From: Smithellaceae bacterium
Lineage (GTDB): Bacteria; Desulfobacterota; Syntrophia; Syntrophales; Smithellaceae
Direction of reading: 5' to 3'
Assembly (NCBI GenBank): GCA_963667845.2
Contig: CAXXVL010000001.1
Span: 579,761 to 643,760, forward strand
DNA length: 64,000 nt
Both the position numbers and the translations under genes were made by a program. Below the pieces are notes generated by a model that searched no databases, had not been told where the DNA came from, and worked only from the letters and a program-made list of their open reading frames with translations. Of this stretch, positions 28,950 to 37,243 are shown in pieces (position 1 is the stretch's first letter; each line of letters begins with the position of its first letter).

Positions 28950-29408
28950 GTGATCACTGATATGGATGATATAGATAAAAAAATACTGAACATTCTGCAG
29001 AAGGAATTTCCGCTCGTGGAGCAGCCGTTTCTGGCTGTGGCCGAACGCTGCGGCCTGAGCGAAGACGATGTGTTGGCCCGTGTTCAAAAGATGAAGGACG
29101 AAGGCATCATCCGCCGCATCGGCGCCGTATTTGACGGGGCCAAACTCGGACGCGTGAGCGCGCTGTTCGCGGCGCGGGTGCCCCCGGACAAAATTGATGA
29201 CTTTGTCCGGGTTGTGAACGCCAACAAAGGTGTCACGCATAATTACCGCCGCAGCCACGAATACAATATCTGGTTTACCGCAAACGCGACAACCGCCGAA
29301 GAACTGACCGATTTTCTCAGGGACGTCAAAGAGAAGACCGGCGTAAAGGATATCCTGGATATGCGGGCGGTGAGAGTGTTCAAGATAGACGCAACTTTTA
29401 ATATGTAA
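28950..29408 (+). CDS. Lrp/AsnC-like siroheme decarboxylase subunit (AhbA/AhbB, NirD/L/G/H family)
   Basis: 152 aa. 'DKKILNILQKEFPLVEQPF..A...G.SE.DVL.RV..M...GIIRRIGAVF' and 'VTHNYRR...YN.WF' are characteristic of this family. A GTG start is called here; the ATG at 28962 is an alternative. Confidence 0.8.
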   Translation: MITDMDDIDKKILNILQKEFPLVEQPFLAVAERCGLSEDDVLARVQKMKDEGIIRRIGAVFDGAKLGRVSALFAARVPPDKIDDFVRVVNANKGVTHNYRRSHEYNIWFTANATTAEELTDFLRDVKEKTGVKDILDMRAVRVFKIDATFNM

Positions 29409-29427
29409 TCAGGGTCCATACTTTTCG

Positions 29428-29502
29428 ATGTCACTTCGACCGCAGGGGAGAAGTCCTGCGATCAAAGAAAAAAGATTTCTCGCTTCGCTTCGAAATGACA
29501 AT
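29428..29502. repeat. Family-3 palindromic unit I (gene-less)
   Basis: 'atgtcacttcgaccgcaggggagaagtcctgcg' followed about 12 nt later by its imperfect inverted partner 'agatttctcgcttcgcttcgaaatgacaat'. Confidence 0.75.
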
Positions 29503-29590
29503 GAAATATTTTACGTTACTTTGGACATGAAAAGTATTGAAAAATGCGTTACAAGATGTATCGCTTCCACGTGAAAAATAAATACTTTCC

Positions 29591-30007
29591 AATGTCACTT
29601 CGACCGCAGGGAGAAGTCTTGAATGGCATTTACCAAGAGTTACTACGTCTACTTCCTGACTAATTGGAACAACAAAGTACTTTATATCGGTGTGACAAAC
29701 GACTTAGAACGACGACTCTATGAACACAAGAACAAACTGGTTCACGGGTTTACGGCTAAGTATAATTTGAATAAGCTGGTTTATTTTGAAGAAACGCAGG
29801 ATGTTGCAGCCGCCATTGCCAGAGAGAAGGAAATGAAAAAATGGCGGAGGAACAAGAAGGATAATCTTGTTAATAAACTAAATCCATCCTGGCGGGACTT
29901 AAGCGAGACATTATAGAGGTCGCTCCCATCATGCTCACATAGATTTCTCGCTCCCGCTTACCCTGCTGATCTAAAGGTCACTCGAGGGCACTCGTCGAAA
30001 TGACAAT
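29591..30007 (+). mobile_element. GIY-YIG cassette 2: nuclease ORF between the two arms of a family-3 palindromic unit
   Basis: The left arm 'aatgtcacttcgaccgcagggagaagtcttg' (29591-29621) ends 1 nt before the ATG. The right arm 29941-30007, 'agatttctcgctcccgc...cactcgtcgaaatgacaat', is the inverted partner with an internal insertion. Mobility is inferred. Confidence 0.45.
29623..29916 (+). CDS. GIY-YIG nuclease family protein (COG2827 / YhbQ-like, 97 aa)
   Basis: 'SYYVYFLTNWNNKVLYIGVTNDLERRLYEHKNKLVHGFTAKYNLNKLVYFE...REKEMKKWRR'. Clear paralogue of 23465..23752. AT-rich. Confidence 0.85.
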   Translation: MAFTKSYYVYFLTNWNNKVLYIGVTNDLERRLYEHKNKLVHGFTAKYNLNKLVYFEETQDVAAAIAREKEMKKWRRNKKDNLVNKLNPSWRDLSETL

Positions 30008-30020
30008 TAAACATTATTCT

Positions 30021-30093
30021 ATGTCACTTCGACCGCAGGGAGAAGTCTTGCGTTAGAACCAAACCCTATTTCCCGCTTCGTTGTGAAATGACG
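30021..30093. repeat. Family-3 palindromic unit III (gene-less)
   Basis: 'atgtcacttcgaccgcagggagaagtcttg' is identical over 30 nt to 29592-29621. The inverted partner is 'ctatttcccgcttcgttgtgaaatgacgg'. Confidence 0.75.
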
Positions 30094-30173
30094 GTTGACG
30101 GAAAGCCGCAACCGTGAGACACATATTCCACAAGAATTCAGGTTTGCCCAAAATAAAAAAGGAGGATGGAAAG

Positions 30174-30902
30174 ATGGAACCGAAGGACATTGATTTTGCG
30201 GCCATGCCCCAAAAAGCAATCAGCGTTGTGACGAAGCCTGCGGAATTTTTTCAGGCGATGCCCAAGGCGGGCGGATTCCTGGAGCCCCTTGTTTTTGCCG
30301 TGATCATGGGATTGATCACCGGCATCATTCAAGCGATTCTGAACGTCATCGGTCTTGTACCGGGAGCAGGTTACGGCGGCGGCGTGATGGCGGGATTCGG
30401 CGTCATTATTTTCATGCCGATTGCCGCGGCTGTCGGCAGCTTCATCGGCGCAGCCATCCTGTTCGTGATCTGGAAACTGATGGGTTCCGAGGAGAACTAT
30501 GAAACGGCCTATCGCTGCGGCGCTTATCTGATCGCTGTGGCCCCCATTACCGCGATCATCGGTGTGATCCCTTACGCCGGCGGCATCATCACAATGGCCA
30601 TCTATGTGTATTTTCTGGTGACAACCAGCATTCATGTTCATCATATTCCGTCCCAGAAAGCCTGGATGGTTTTCGGCATCATCGGCGTGATCTTCGCGAT
30701 TTTGGGAATTGTCGCAGAATACAAGGCCAGAAATATGGCATCCGAACTGGGAAAGTGGCGTCAGATGAGCAAAGAAGTTGAGAAGTCAGCCAAAGATATG
30801 GAAAAATCCACCGATGAGATGCGCAAGCAGGCCGAGGACATGGCCAAGCAAGCCAAAGCACAGGCTGATGAAGCACAAAAACAAGCCGAAAAAAATCAGT
30901 AA
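30174..30902 (+). CDS. Yip1-domain membrane protein with charged coiled C-tail
   Basis: Start 'MEPKDIDF' lies 8 nt after 'aggagg'. 'KPAEFFQAMPK.GGF.EPLVFAVI' plus five TM helices is typical of Yip1/YIPF-like proteins. The C-terminus is 'EKSTDEMRKQAEDMAKQAKAQADEAQKQAEK'. Confidence 0.7.
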   Translation: MEPKDIDFAAMPQKAISVVTKPAEFFQAMPKAGGFLEPLVFAVIMGLITGIIQAILNVIGLVPGAGYGGGVMAGFGVIIFMPIAAAVGSFIGAAILFVIWKLMGSEENYETAYRCGAYLIAVAPITAIIGVIPYAGGIITMAIYVYFLVTTSIHVHHIPSQKAWMVFGIIGVIFAILGIVAEYKARNMASELGKWRQMSKEVEKSAKDMEKSTDEMRKQAEDMAKQAKAQADEAQKQAEKNQ

Positions 30903-30984
30903 ATAAACTTATCGCTTCGTGCGCACCGGACTTGCCCCGCAAAGAAGGTGCGCACGAAAAAAAATTCAAAAACCGGAATGATTT

Positions 30985-33642
30985 ATGACGGAAGAAAAGA
31001 ACTCACCCCTGCTCGCGCTGGTGGACGGGAGCAATTATCTTTACCGCGCCTATTACGCGATTCCGGCGCTCACCAACTCCAAAGGTTTTCCCACCAATGC
31101 CATCTATGGCTTCACAACCATGCTGATGAAGCTTCTGCGCGATCTGGCGCCCGACTATGTTGTTGTCACGTTCGATCTCAAAGGGCCGACGACCCGGCAC
31201 GGAGAGTTCGAAGATTATAAGGCGACGCGCAAACCGATGCCCGACGATCTGGTGCCGCAGATTTCATCCATCAAGGACGTGGTCCGGGCCTTCGCGATTT
31301 GCGTTTTGGAAAAGCAGGGGATAGAAGCCGATGATATTATCGGGACGCTTGCAGTTCAGGCACGGGAAAAAGGATGGCGCACGGCCATCATCTCCGGCGA
31401 CAAGGATCTGATGCAGCTCGTCAATGACGCAGTCACGATGGTCGATACGATGAAGGATAAGACCTATGATGCCGAGGCCGTCAGGGAAAAGTTCGGCGTG
31501 GGTCCCGACAAGGTCGCGGACATCCTGGGGCTGATGGGTGACACATCCGACAATATCCCCGGTGTACCGGGCATCGGACCGAAAACGGCCCAGCGGCTCA
31601 TCGAGGAATACGGCTCCGTCGATGCCGTGATTGAAAACGCCGAAAGACTCCACAACGTGAAACTGCGCGAAAGCTTCCGGCAGCACGCCGAACAGGCGAA
31701 GCTCAGCCGTCAACTGGCGCTGATCCGCACGGATGTGGACATTCATTTTGACCTGCAGGACGCGGCCCGCAAAGAACCGGACCGGGAACAATTAACGCGG
31801 CTCTTCAGCGAATTTGAATTTTCGTCACTTTTGCAGCAGATTAAAACCAATGCGGCAAAGCCCCTCAGAACCTGTACGATCGCTCATGACAAAACAGCGC
31901 TTGCGGAAATGGCTCTGAGGCTGCAGGGCAGCCCGGTCATTGCCTGTGAATTCGTCTGGGAGAAGAATCCCCCTCCCGAGTTAATCGGCATCTGCATCCA
32001 TGCGGGCGGCGATTCGTTTTACGTTCCGATCGGCCATACGCAGGCGAAAACGCAATTGCCGGCGAAGGACGTATTCGCTGTCCTGGCGCCTGCCTTTGCG
32101 GATGCCGAAATCAAGAAACATGTTTACGACTTGAAAACGACGCTCGTAGCCCTTCCGGATCTGGATGTCCGGACGGCCGAAGACTGGCAGCTTGCGGCGT
32201 ACCTGCTCAATCCGGCGCGGCATTCCTATGAACTTGATGAAATTGCCTGGGAATATCTGCACGAAAGGATTCCCGCGCCCAATGACGTGGCCGGCGGCAA
32301 GGGGAAAACGTATCCCCTGGCGCTCGTGCCCGTCGATCGCATGGCCGCCTATGCGGGGCAGCGGGCGGAGGCGATTATGTCCCTGGCGCCGGTCCTGGCC
32401 GAAAAACTTGCCGAGGCCGGGGCGGCCGGACTCTACCGGGATGTCGAAATGCCGATCCTGTTTACACTTGCCGCCATGGAGAAAAAGGGCGTTCTCCTGG
32501 ATGCCGGTCTCTTGAAGCAGATGTCCGAAGAACTGGGACAGCTGCTGTCACTCTCCGAAGAAAAAATTCACCGCCTGGCGGGAGAAAAATTCAACATCAA
32601 TTCCCCCAAGCAGTTGCAGACCATCTTGTTTGAAAAAATGAAGCTGCCGAAGGGCAAGAAGACCAAGGAAGGTTATTCCACGGATGTCGATGTGCTCACG
32701 GAGCTTGCGCGCGGCCATGAACTGCCCGCCGAAATCCTGGCCTACCGGTCGCTTGCCAAGCTCAAGTCCACGTATGTGGATGCGCTTCCCGCCCTGATCA
32801 ATCCGCAGACCGGCAGGATTCACACCTCCTACAACCAGACGGTGGCGGCCACCGGGAGGCTTTCGAGCAGCAATCCCAACCTGCAGAATATCCCCATCCG
32901 GACACTGGAGGGAAAAAGAATCCGCCAGGCGTTTATCGCCGATCCCGGATGCGTCCTCATTTCCGCCGACTATTCGCAAATCGAGCTTCGGGTGCTCGCG
33001 CACCTGTGCGAAGACGAAACGCTTCTCGCGGCGTTTGCGTCCGAAGAAGACATTCACACCCGCACCGCCTCCGACGTATTCGGCGTCTTCCCGCAGATGG
33101 TGAGCCCCGAAATGCGCCGGCAGGCCAAGGTCATCAACTTCGGCATTCTCTATGGCATGAGCGCGTTTGGCCTCGCGAAGGAGTTGGGCGTCCCCCAGAA
33201 GACCGCGCAGGTCTATATCGACGGCTATTTCGCCCGCTACAGGAAAGTGCGCGATTACCTGGACGGCATTCTGGAAGGCGCGAAGCGCGACGGTTATGTC
33301 TGCACGCTCCTCAACCGCCGCCGCTACCTGCCGGAGCTGAAAAGCCAGATTCCATCCGTTCGTCAGTTCGCCGAGCGCATGGCGATCAATGCACCCATTC
33401 AAGGCACCGCCGCCGACCTCATTAAAGTGGCGATGGTGAATATCGATTACCTGCTGGCCAAGAAGAAACTGGCCGCCCGGCTGATCATGCAGGTGCACGA
33501 CGAACTGGTCGTGGAAGCGCCCGAGGAAGAAAAAGCAGAGGTCATGGCGCTGGTTAAAAAAGAGATGGAAGAAGTGATCAAGCTCAAAGTGCCGCTCAAA
33601 GTGGAAATTGCGAGTGGGGAGAACTGGGACGAAGCCCACTGA
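30985..33642 (+). CDS. polA: DNA polymerase I
   Basis: 885 aa. N-terminal 5'-nuclease ('LVDGSNYLYRAYYA', 'GDKDL'). Pol motifs A 'DYSQIELRVLAH', B 'RRQAKVINFGILYGMS' and C 'QVHDELV'. Confidence 0.95.
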   Translation: MTEEKNSPLLALVDGSNYLYRAYYAIPALTNSKGFPTNAIYGFTTMLMKLLRDLAPDYVVVTFDLKGPTTRHGEFEDYKATRKPMPDDLVPQISSIKDVVRAFAICVLEKQGIEADDIIGTLAVQAREKGWRTAIISGDKDLMQLVNDAVTMVDTMKDKTYDAEAVREKFGVGPDKVADILGLMGDTSDNIPGVPGIGPKTAQRLIEEYGSVDAVIENAERLHNVKLRESFRQHAEQAKLSRQLALIRTDVDIHFDLQDAARKEPDREQLTRLFSEFEFSSLLQQIKTNAAKPLRTCTIAHDKTALAEMALRLQGSPVIACEFVWEKNPPPELIGICIHAGGDSFYVPIGHTQAKTQLPAKDVFAVLAPAFADAEIKKHVYDLKTTLVALPDLDVRTAEDWQLAAYLLNPARHSYELDEIAWEYLHERIPAPNDVAGGKGKTYPLALVPVDRMAAYAGQRAEAIMSLAPVLAEKLAEAGAAGLYRDVEMPILFTLAAMEKKGVLLDAGLLKQMSEELGQLLSLSEEKIHRLAGEKFNINSPKQLQTILFEKMKLPKGKKTKEGYSTDVDVLTELARGHELPAEILAYRSLAKLKSTYVDALPALINPQTGRIHTSYNQTVAATGRLSSSNPNLQNIPIRTLEGKRIRQAFIADPGCVLISADYSQIELRVLAHLCEDETLLAAFASEEDIHTRTASDVFGVFPQMVSPEMRRQAKVINFGILYGMSAFGLAKELGVPQKTAQVYIDGYFARYRKVRDYLDGILEGAKRDGYVCTLLNRRRYLPELKSQIPSVRQFAERMAINAPIQGTAADLIKVAMVNIDYLLAKKKLAARLIMQVHDELVVEAPEEEKAEVMALVKKEMEEVIKLKVPLKVEIASGENWDEAH

Positions 33643-33644
33643 TA

Positions 33645-33766
33645 GGACGGCTGAAAAGCGCCGATCTGCGTTGTTGCGCTGCGATCCCGTGTCGCTCAAC
33701 GTACATTAAGTACGCCTCGCGACCCGGGTCTTGCGCGCCTAGCATCTCAGCACTTTTGAGCCGTCC
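33645..33766. repeat. Family-2 long imperfect palindrome P2 (~122 nt)
   Basis: Starts 3 nt after the polA stop. The termini 'ggacggctgaaaagcgc' and 'gcacttttgagccgtcc' are inverted. Architecture as P1. Confidence 0.75.
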
Positions 33767-33790
33767 TGAAACTTCATTACAACTAACTAA

Positions 33791-33905
33791 TCAGGACTCG
33801 GGGGCCTTGCATCTGGCATTGGCGTGTCCCTGGGTATTTGAACAGCCCTGAAAAATATAATTTAGATTGTCATTGCGAAGCGCGCCTTGCGCGCTGTGGC
33901 AATCT
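33791..33905 (+). repeat. Family-2 composite repeat H2
   Basis: 'tcaggactcgggggccttgcatc...gggtatttgaacagcc...gtcattgcgaagcgcgccttgcgcgctgtggcaatct'. Collinear with H1. Confidence 0.75.
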
Positions 33906-34152
33906 AATGTGCACTTTGAAGAAGTCTGTTAACGAACTAACCGGTCGTTCTTGGACAAATTTCCCATGATAAAGCTGCCGGGCTTTTGGTCCTTAATTAT
34001 CCTGAAATACCGTGTACCTAAATCATAATATGATTGATTTTATGACGATGTTTCAATTTGCGTTTTGTCTCAAAAAGAGTAGAATTGCGACACATTTCGG
34101 AAAAAGCTTAACCAATATTAAACGTTAGGATTCTTATAATGCGTGATAATAA

Positions 34153-34920
34153 ATGAAAATATGGTTATCAAATACGGTTCTTTCCTGGTTGCCACATTTA
34201 ACAGGGTGGAGCACTAAAGCATCGAAGAATCTACTGCGACCTTACACGCATTGGGAGCATGCACAGAAGTTATCAAGCAGTGAGGCCAATCAATTCATAA
34301 GGATTGATATCGTCACAACGCTAAAGCGATCCGTTGATATACGAATTCGCAATCTAAATGATATATATCAATTCAGGACTATACAAGTTCTCAAAAAAGA
34401 AAAAAGTCTCGTCGAAATTTTATCTCAATTAGAAATTGTTAGACCAATGATGATTTCTAAGTTAAACCGGATTAGAAACACAATAGAACATCAGGACAAA
34501 GCACCCCCATCTTACGATGAATGTGTGGAGTTGATTGACTTTACATGGTACTTCTTAAGATCAACGGACAAACTAATACAGCAGATTCCTGGAGGTGTTA
34601 TTTATGACCCGGAAGGCGGAGACTATGTTACGCCATATGGGGTCTCGTTTAATGTTCGCATCGACCAAGATTGGCAGGTTGAAGTGACCGGATGGGTCGA
34701 AAATTATATGATATCCTCGGAAGAAAAATTAAATTGGCTTCTTATCGAATGTGAGGACTGCTGCTCGGCAGAAGAACTCTTTGCTAGAAAAAAGGGATGG
34801 TCAGGTTATCTCGACGACCACAAAGATAAAAAGCTTTCCGACATGCACTTTACAGGCAAGTTTTCCGGACCGCCTGAGTTAATGAAGGAATTTCTAATCC
34901 ATTATTTTCGAGCGTGTTAA
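34153..34920 (+). CDS. Hypothetical protein in an AT-rich islet; candidate HEPN-type domain (RNxxxH)
   Basis: 255-aa ORF that is conspicuously AT-rich against its GC-rich surroundings, and the only long ORF in the islet. 'MMISKLNRIRNTIEHQD' fits the HEPN Rx4-6H (RN.x.H) catalytic motif after a helical N-half. The ORF itself is well supported; the domain call is tentative. Confidence 0.6.
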   Translation: MKIWLSNTVLSWLPHLTGWSTKASKNLLRPYTHWEHAQKLSSSEANQFIRIDIVTTLKRSVDIRIRNLNDIYQFRTIQVLKKEKSLVEILSQLEIVRPMMISKLNRIRNTIEHQDKAPPSYDECVELIDFTWYFLRSTDKLIQQIPGGVIYDPEGGDYVTPYGVSFNVRIDQDWQVEVTGWVENYMISSEEKLNWLLIECEDCCSAEELFARKKGWSGYLDDHKDKKLSDMHFTGKFSGPPELMKEFLIHYFRAC

Positions 34921-34952
34921 TAAATCCTAACACCTAACATCTTTTTCTGCAG

Positions 34953-34969
34953 AGGACTCGGGTGCCTTG
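34953..34969 (+). repeat. Family-2 partial copy H3
   Basis: 'aggactcgggtgccttg' matches the 5' module of H2/P1. It lies 33 nt after the stop of the islet ORF. Confidence 0.5.
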
Positions 34970-35113
34970 TCGTTAAGAATAGTGTTGCATCTTACGAGTC
35001 GTAATCGTCAACTGACAGAATTTTCAAAATCAGTAATTAGCCAGTGACCTCAACATTGATTCCAGACTGTCGAGACCAACAAAAATAGAACTTCGATGAA
35101 AGGCTATCTGCCG

Positions 35114-35683
35114 TCAGGGCGTCGCTGCTTTCTTTCCCAGTTCAAAAGCCTCGCGCATGGCTTGTTCGTTGTGGGCAATTTCTCCGCGGGCGTCGGCGGA
35201 GGCCATGACGGTGCCCAGCCAGTTCATTTTGGTCATCTCCACGGTGGACTTAAAGCTGTGCACGATCGGATCAGCGGTATGCACGTTCGTGTCTCCGCAG
35301 ACCGTGATGAGGCCGATGCGCTTGCCCCGCATCCTGGGGTAGTAGATCTTCTGCCAGCGCCATTCGGCGTCGAAAAAGACACACCAGCGGTCGAGGTAGG
35401 CTTTCATCTGCGCGGTCATCGTCCAGAAGTAAACGGGGCAGCTGTGAATGATGGCATAGGCATCCAGAATTTTTGTCTGGATTTCCAGCATATCATCTTT
35501 CACTGCACACATGCCGGCCGGGTTGCATTTTTTGCAATCCTTGCAGCCCGCAATGCGTTTGTGGTCGAGGACGATTTTTTCTACATCGGCACCGGCTTCC
35601 TTCGCGCCGGCCAGCGCCTGACTGAGAAGAACATCACTGTTGCCGCCGATGCGCGGACTTCCCAAAATACCCAGTACCTTCAT
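35114..35683 (-). CDS. Iron-sulfur flavoprotein (Isf-like NADPH-dependent FMN reductase fold)
   Basis: 'MKVLGILGSPR..GNS' flavodoxin-like start and the compact Cys motif 'CKDCKKCNPAGMC' (Cx2Cx2Cx5C) typical of Isf. Confidence 0.8.
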   Translation of the reverse strand: MKVLGILGSPRIGGNSDVLLSQALAGAKEAGADVEKIVLDHKRIAGCKDCKKCNPAGMCAVKDDMLEIQTKILDAYAIIHSCPVYFWTMTAQMKAYLDRWCVFFDAEWRWQKIYYPRMRGKRIGLITVCGDTNVHTADPIVHSFKSTVEMTKMNWLGTVMASADARGEIAHNEQAMREAFELGKKAATP

Positions 35684-35933
35684 GCCGACCTCCTGCCTTT
35701 TATTTTTGAGCGCTTGTCACAGCAAAGACTGATGATTATGAATATCTCTTTCAGGTCGGCTTGTAAAGAAGGAAGTGCCCCTTCGGGTTCTTCGATGATC
35801 CTGACCCGATGACTGAAGCGCTGCCCGGCCCGGTGGTGGATTTCGCTGTCTCGTCGGGGAGCATCCGCAAAATAGTTAAAGACCGAATCAATTAAATATG
35901 TTAAAAAATCACACCGCAAGTAAAGGAGGGTTT

Positions 35934-36302
35934 ATGAAAACGCTGAAATTGGCTTGGGTGGTGGCTGCCATCTTGTGTTTTGTTTCATCTTTTTCGTTCG
36001 CTCAGGATACGGAGAGACGGGGCGCCTGCCGCGCGGATTACGAAAAATTCTGCAAGGATGTCCGGCCCGGCCAGGGCAGGATCGTGCAGTGCTTGCGGCA
36101 GCATGAGTCGGAGCTTTCCGCAGCCTGCAAAAGCGAAATGGCAGAAGGAAGAGAAAAGAGCCGTGAATTTGTAAAGGCCTGCAAGGCTGACGCGGCAAAT
36201 CTCTGCCAGGATATCAGACCGGGAGGCGGACGGATTGCCAAATGTCTCAAGGCCAATGAGGGTCAATTATCACCGGACTGCGCCGCCTTTCTGAAAAAAT
36301 AA
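35934..36302 (+). CDS. Secreted protein with two cysteine-rich repeats (Cys_rich_FGFR-like)
   Basis: SD 'aaggagg', signal peptide 'MKTLKLAWVVAAILCFVSSFSFA'. Two repeats: 'C..D...FC.DVRPGQGRIVQCL......LS..C' and 'C..D...LC.DIRPGGGRIAKCL......LS..C'. Confidence 0.7.
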   Translation: MKTLKLAWVVAAILCFVSSFSFAQDTERRGACRADYEKFCKDVRPGQGRIVQCLRQHESELSAACKSEMAEGREKSREFVKACKADAANLCQDIRPGGGRIAKCLKANEGQLSPDCAAFLKK

Positions 36303-36409
36303 AGCATCGGCGTCAACGTTCCCGGCCGGAGTCCATGCCGACCGCGTTTTGCTTAATAGCTTACTCATATTTTGAGCGCAGCTTACGCCGCGATTTCCGG
36401 GTGCCGCAA

Positions 36410-37243
36410 ATGACCAAATCTTATCATTCATTCAAATACAGCGCTGCTTCGGTCCCGGATGGGTCGCGCAGTGACCATTTCACCATTATCGCGCATCGCG
36501 GCGCATCGGCTTATTATCCCGAGAATACGCCGGCTTCTTTTGAGGGAGCGGTGGCGCTCGGCGCGGACATGGTGGAGCTGGACGTTCAGTTGACCTCCGA
36601 CGGCGAGGTCGTCGTTTTTCACGACGAAAAGATATCGCGCTGTACGAACGGCCGGGGCCGCGTCGCGGATCACACTCTGGCCGCGCTCAGAAAACTTGAC
36701 GCCGGCAGCTGGTTTGACAAGAAATTTCAGGGTGAAAAAATTCCCACGCTGTCGGAGGTCCTTCATCTTTGCCGGGAAAGGATTGCCGTCAACATCGAAG
36801 TTAAGACGGAGGCGGTGGCCGATGACGTATCCGGCGGGATTGAAGAAAAATGCCTGCGGATCGTCGATCAGGCCGGGATGCGGGGGCATGTCGTTTTTTC
36901 GAGCTTTGATCCCCGGGCTATTTTGCATCTCAAGGCAATCGACGCGGGGGCGCCCGTTGCCGTTTTGTATGAGAAGAAACATTACGGTCTGAAATTGCCG
37001 TCCGCAATCGTTGCATCGCTTCACGCGGACGCCTTCAACTGCTCCCAGCGCGAGCTCGGCAAAATATGGCTTGCCGATCTCACGCATCATGATATCCCGG
37101 TCAATGTCTATACCGTCAATGAGGAAAAGAAAATGACGCGGTGGCTGGCCCTGGGCATCGACGGCATTTTTACGAATCATCCTGATGTTTTAAAACGCGT
37201 GCTGGAGGATTTCCGGTGGACACAAAAAAGCAAACCCCGCTGA
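36410..37243 (+). CDS. Glycerophosphodiester phosphodiesterase (GlpQ/UgpQ family)
   Basis: 'IIAHRGASAYYPENT', 'ELDVQLTSDGEVVVFHD' and 'NIEVK'. Its 3' end overlaps the next gene's start. Confidence 0.85.
   Translation: MTKSYHSFKYSAASVPDGSRSDHFTIIAHRGASAYYPENTPASFEGAVALGADMVELDVQLTSDGEVVVFHDEKISRCTNGRGRVADHTLAALRKLDAGSWFDKKFQGEKIPTLSEVLHLCRERIAVNIEVKTEAVADDVSGGIEEKCLRIVDQAGMRGHVVFSSFDPRAILHLKAIDAGAPVAVLYEKKHYGLKLPSAIVASLHADAFNCSQRELGKIWLADLTHHDIPVNVYTVNEEKKMTRWLALGIDGIFTNHPDVLKRVLEDFRWTQKSKPR

Noticed and set aside
33645-34969. Integron-cassette interpretation: the islet ORF as a gene cassette and the flanking repeats as attC sites.
   Set aside because: There is no intI integrase or attI in the window. 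The repeats lack recognisable R''/R' core sites (RYYYAAC/GTTRRRY) at their boundaries. The same repeat family also occurs at 28651-28933 without cassette-like ORFs.
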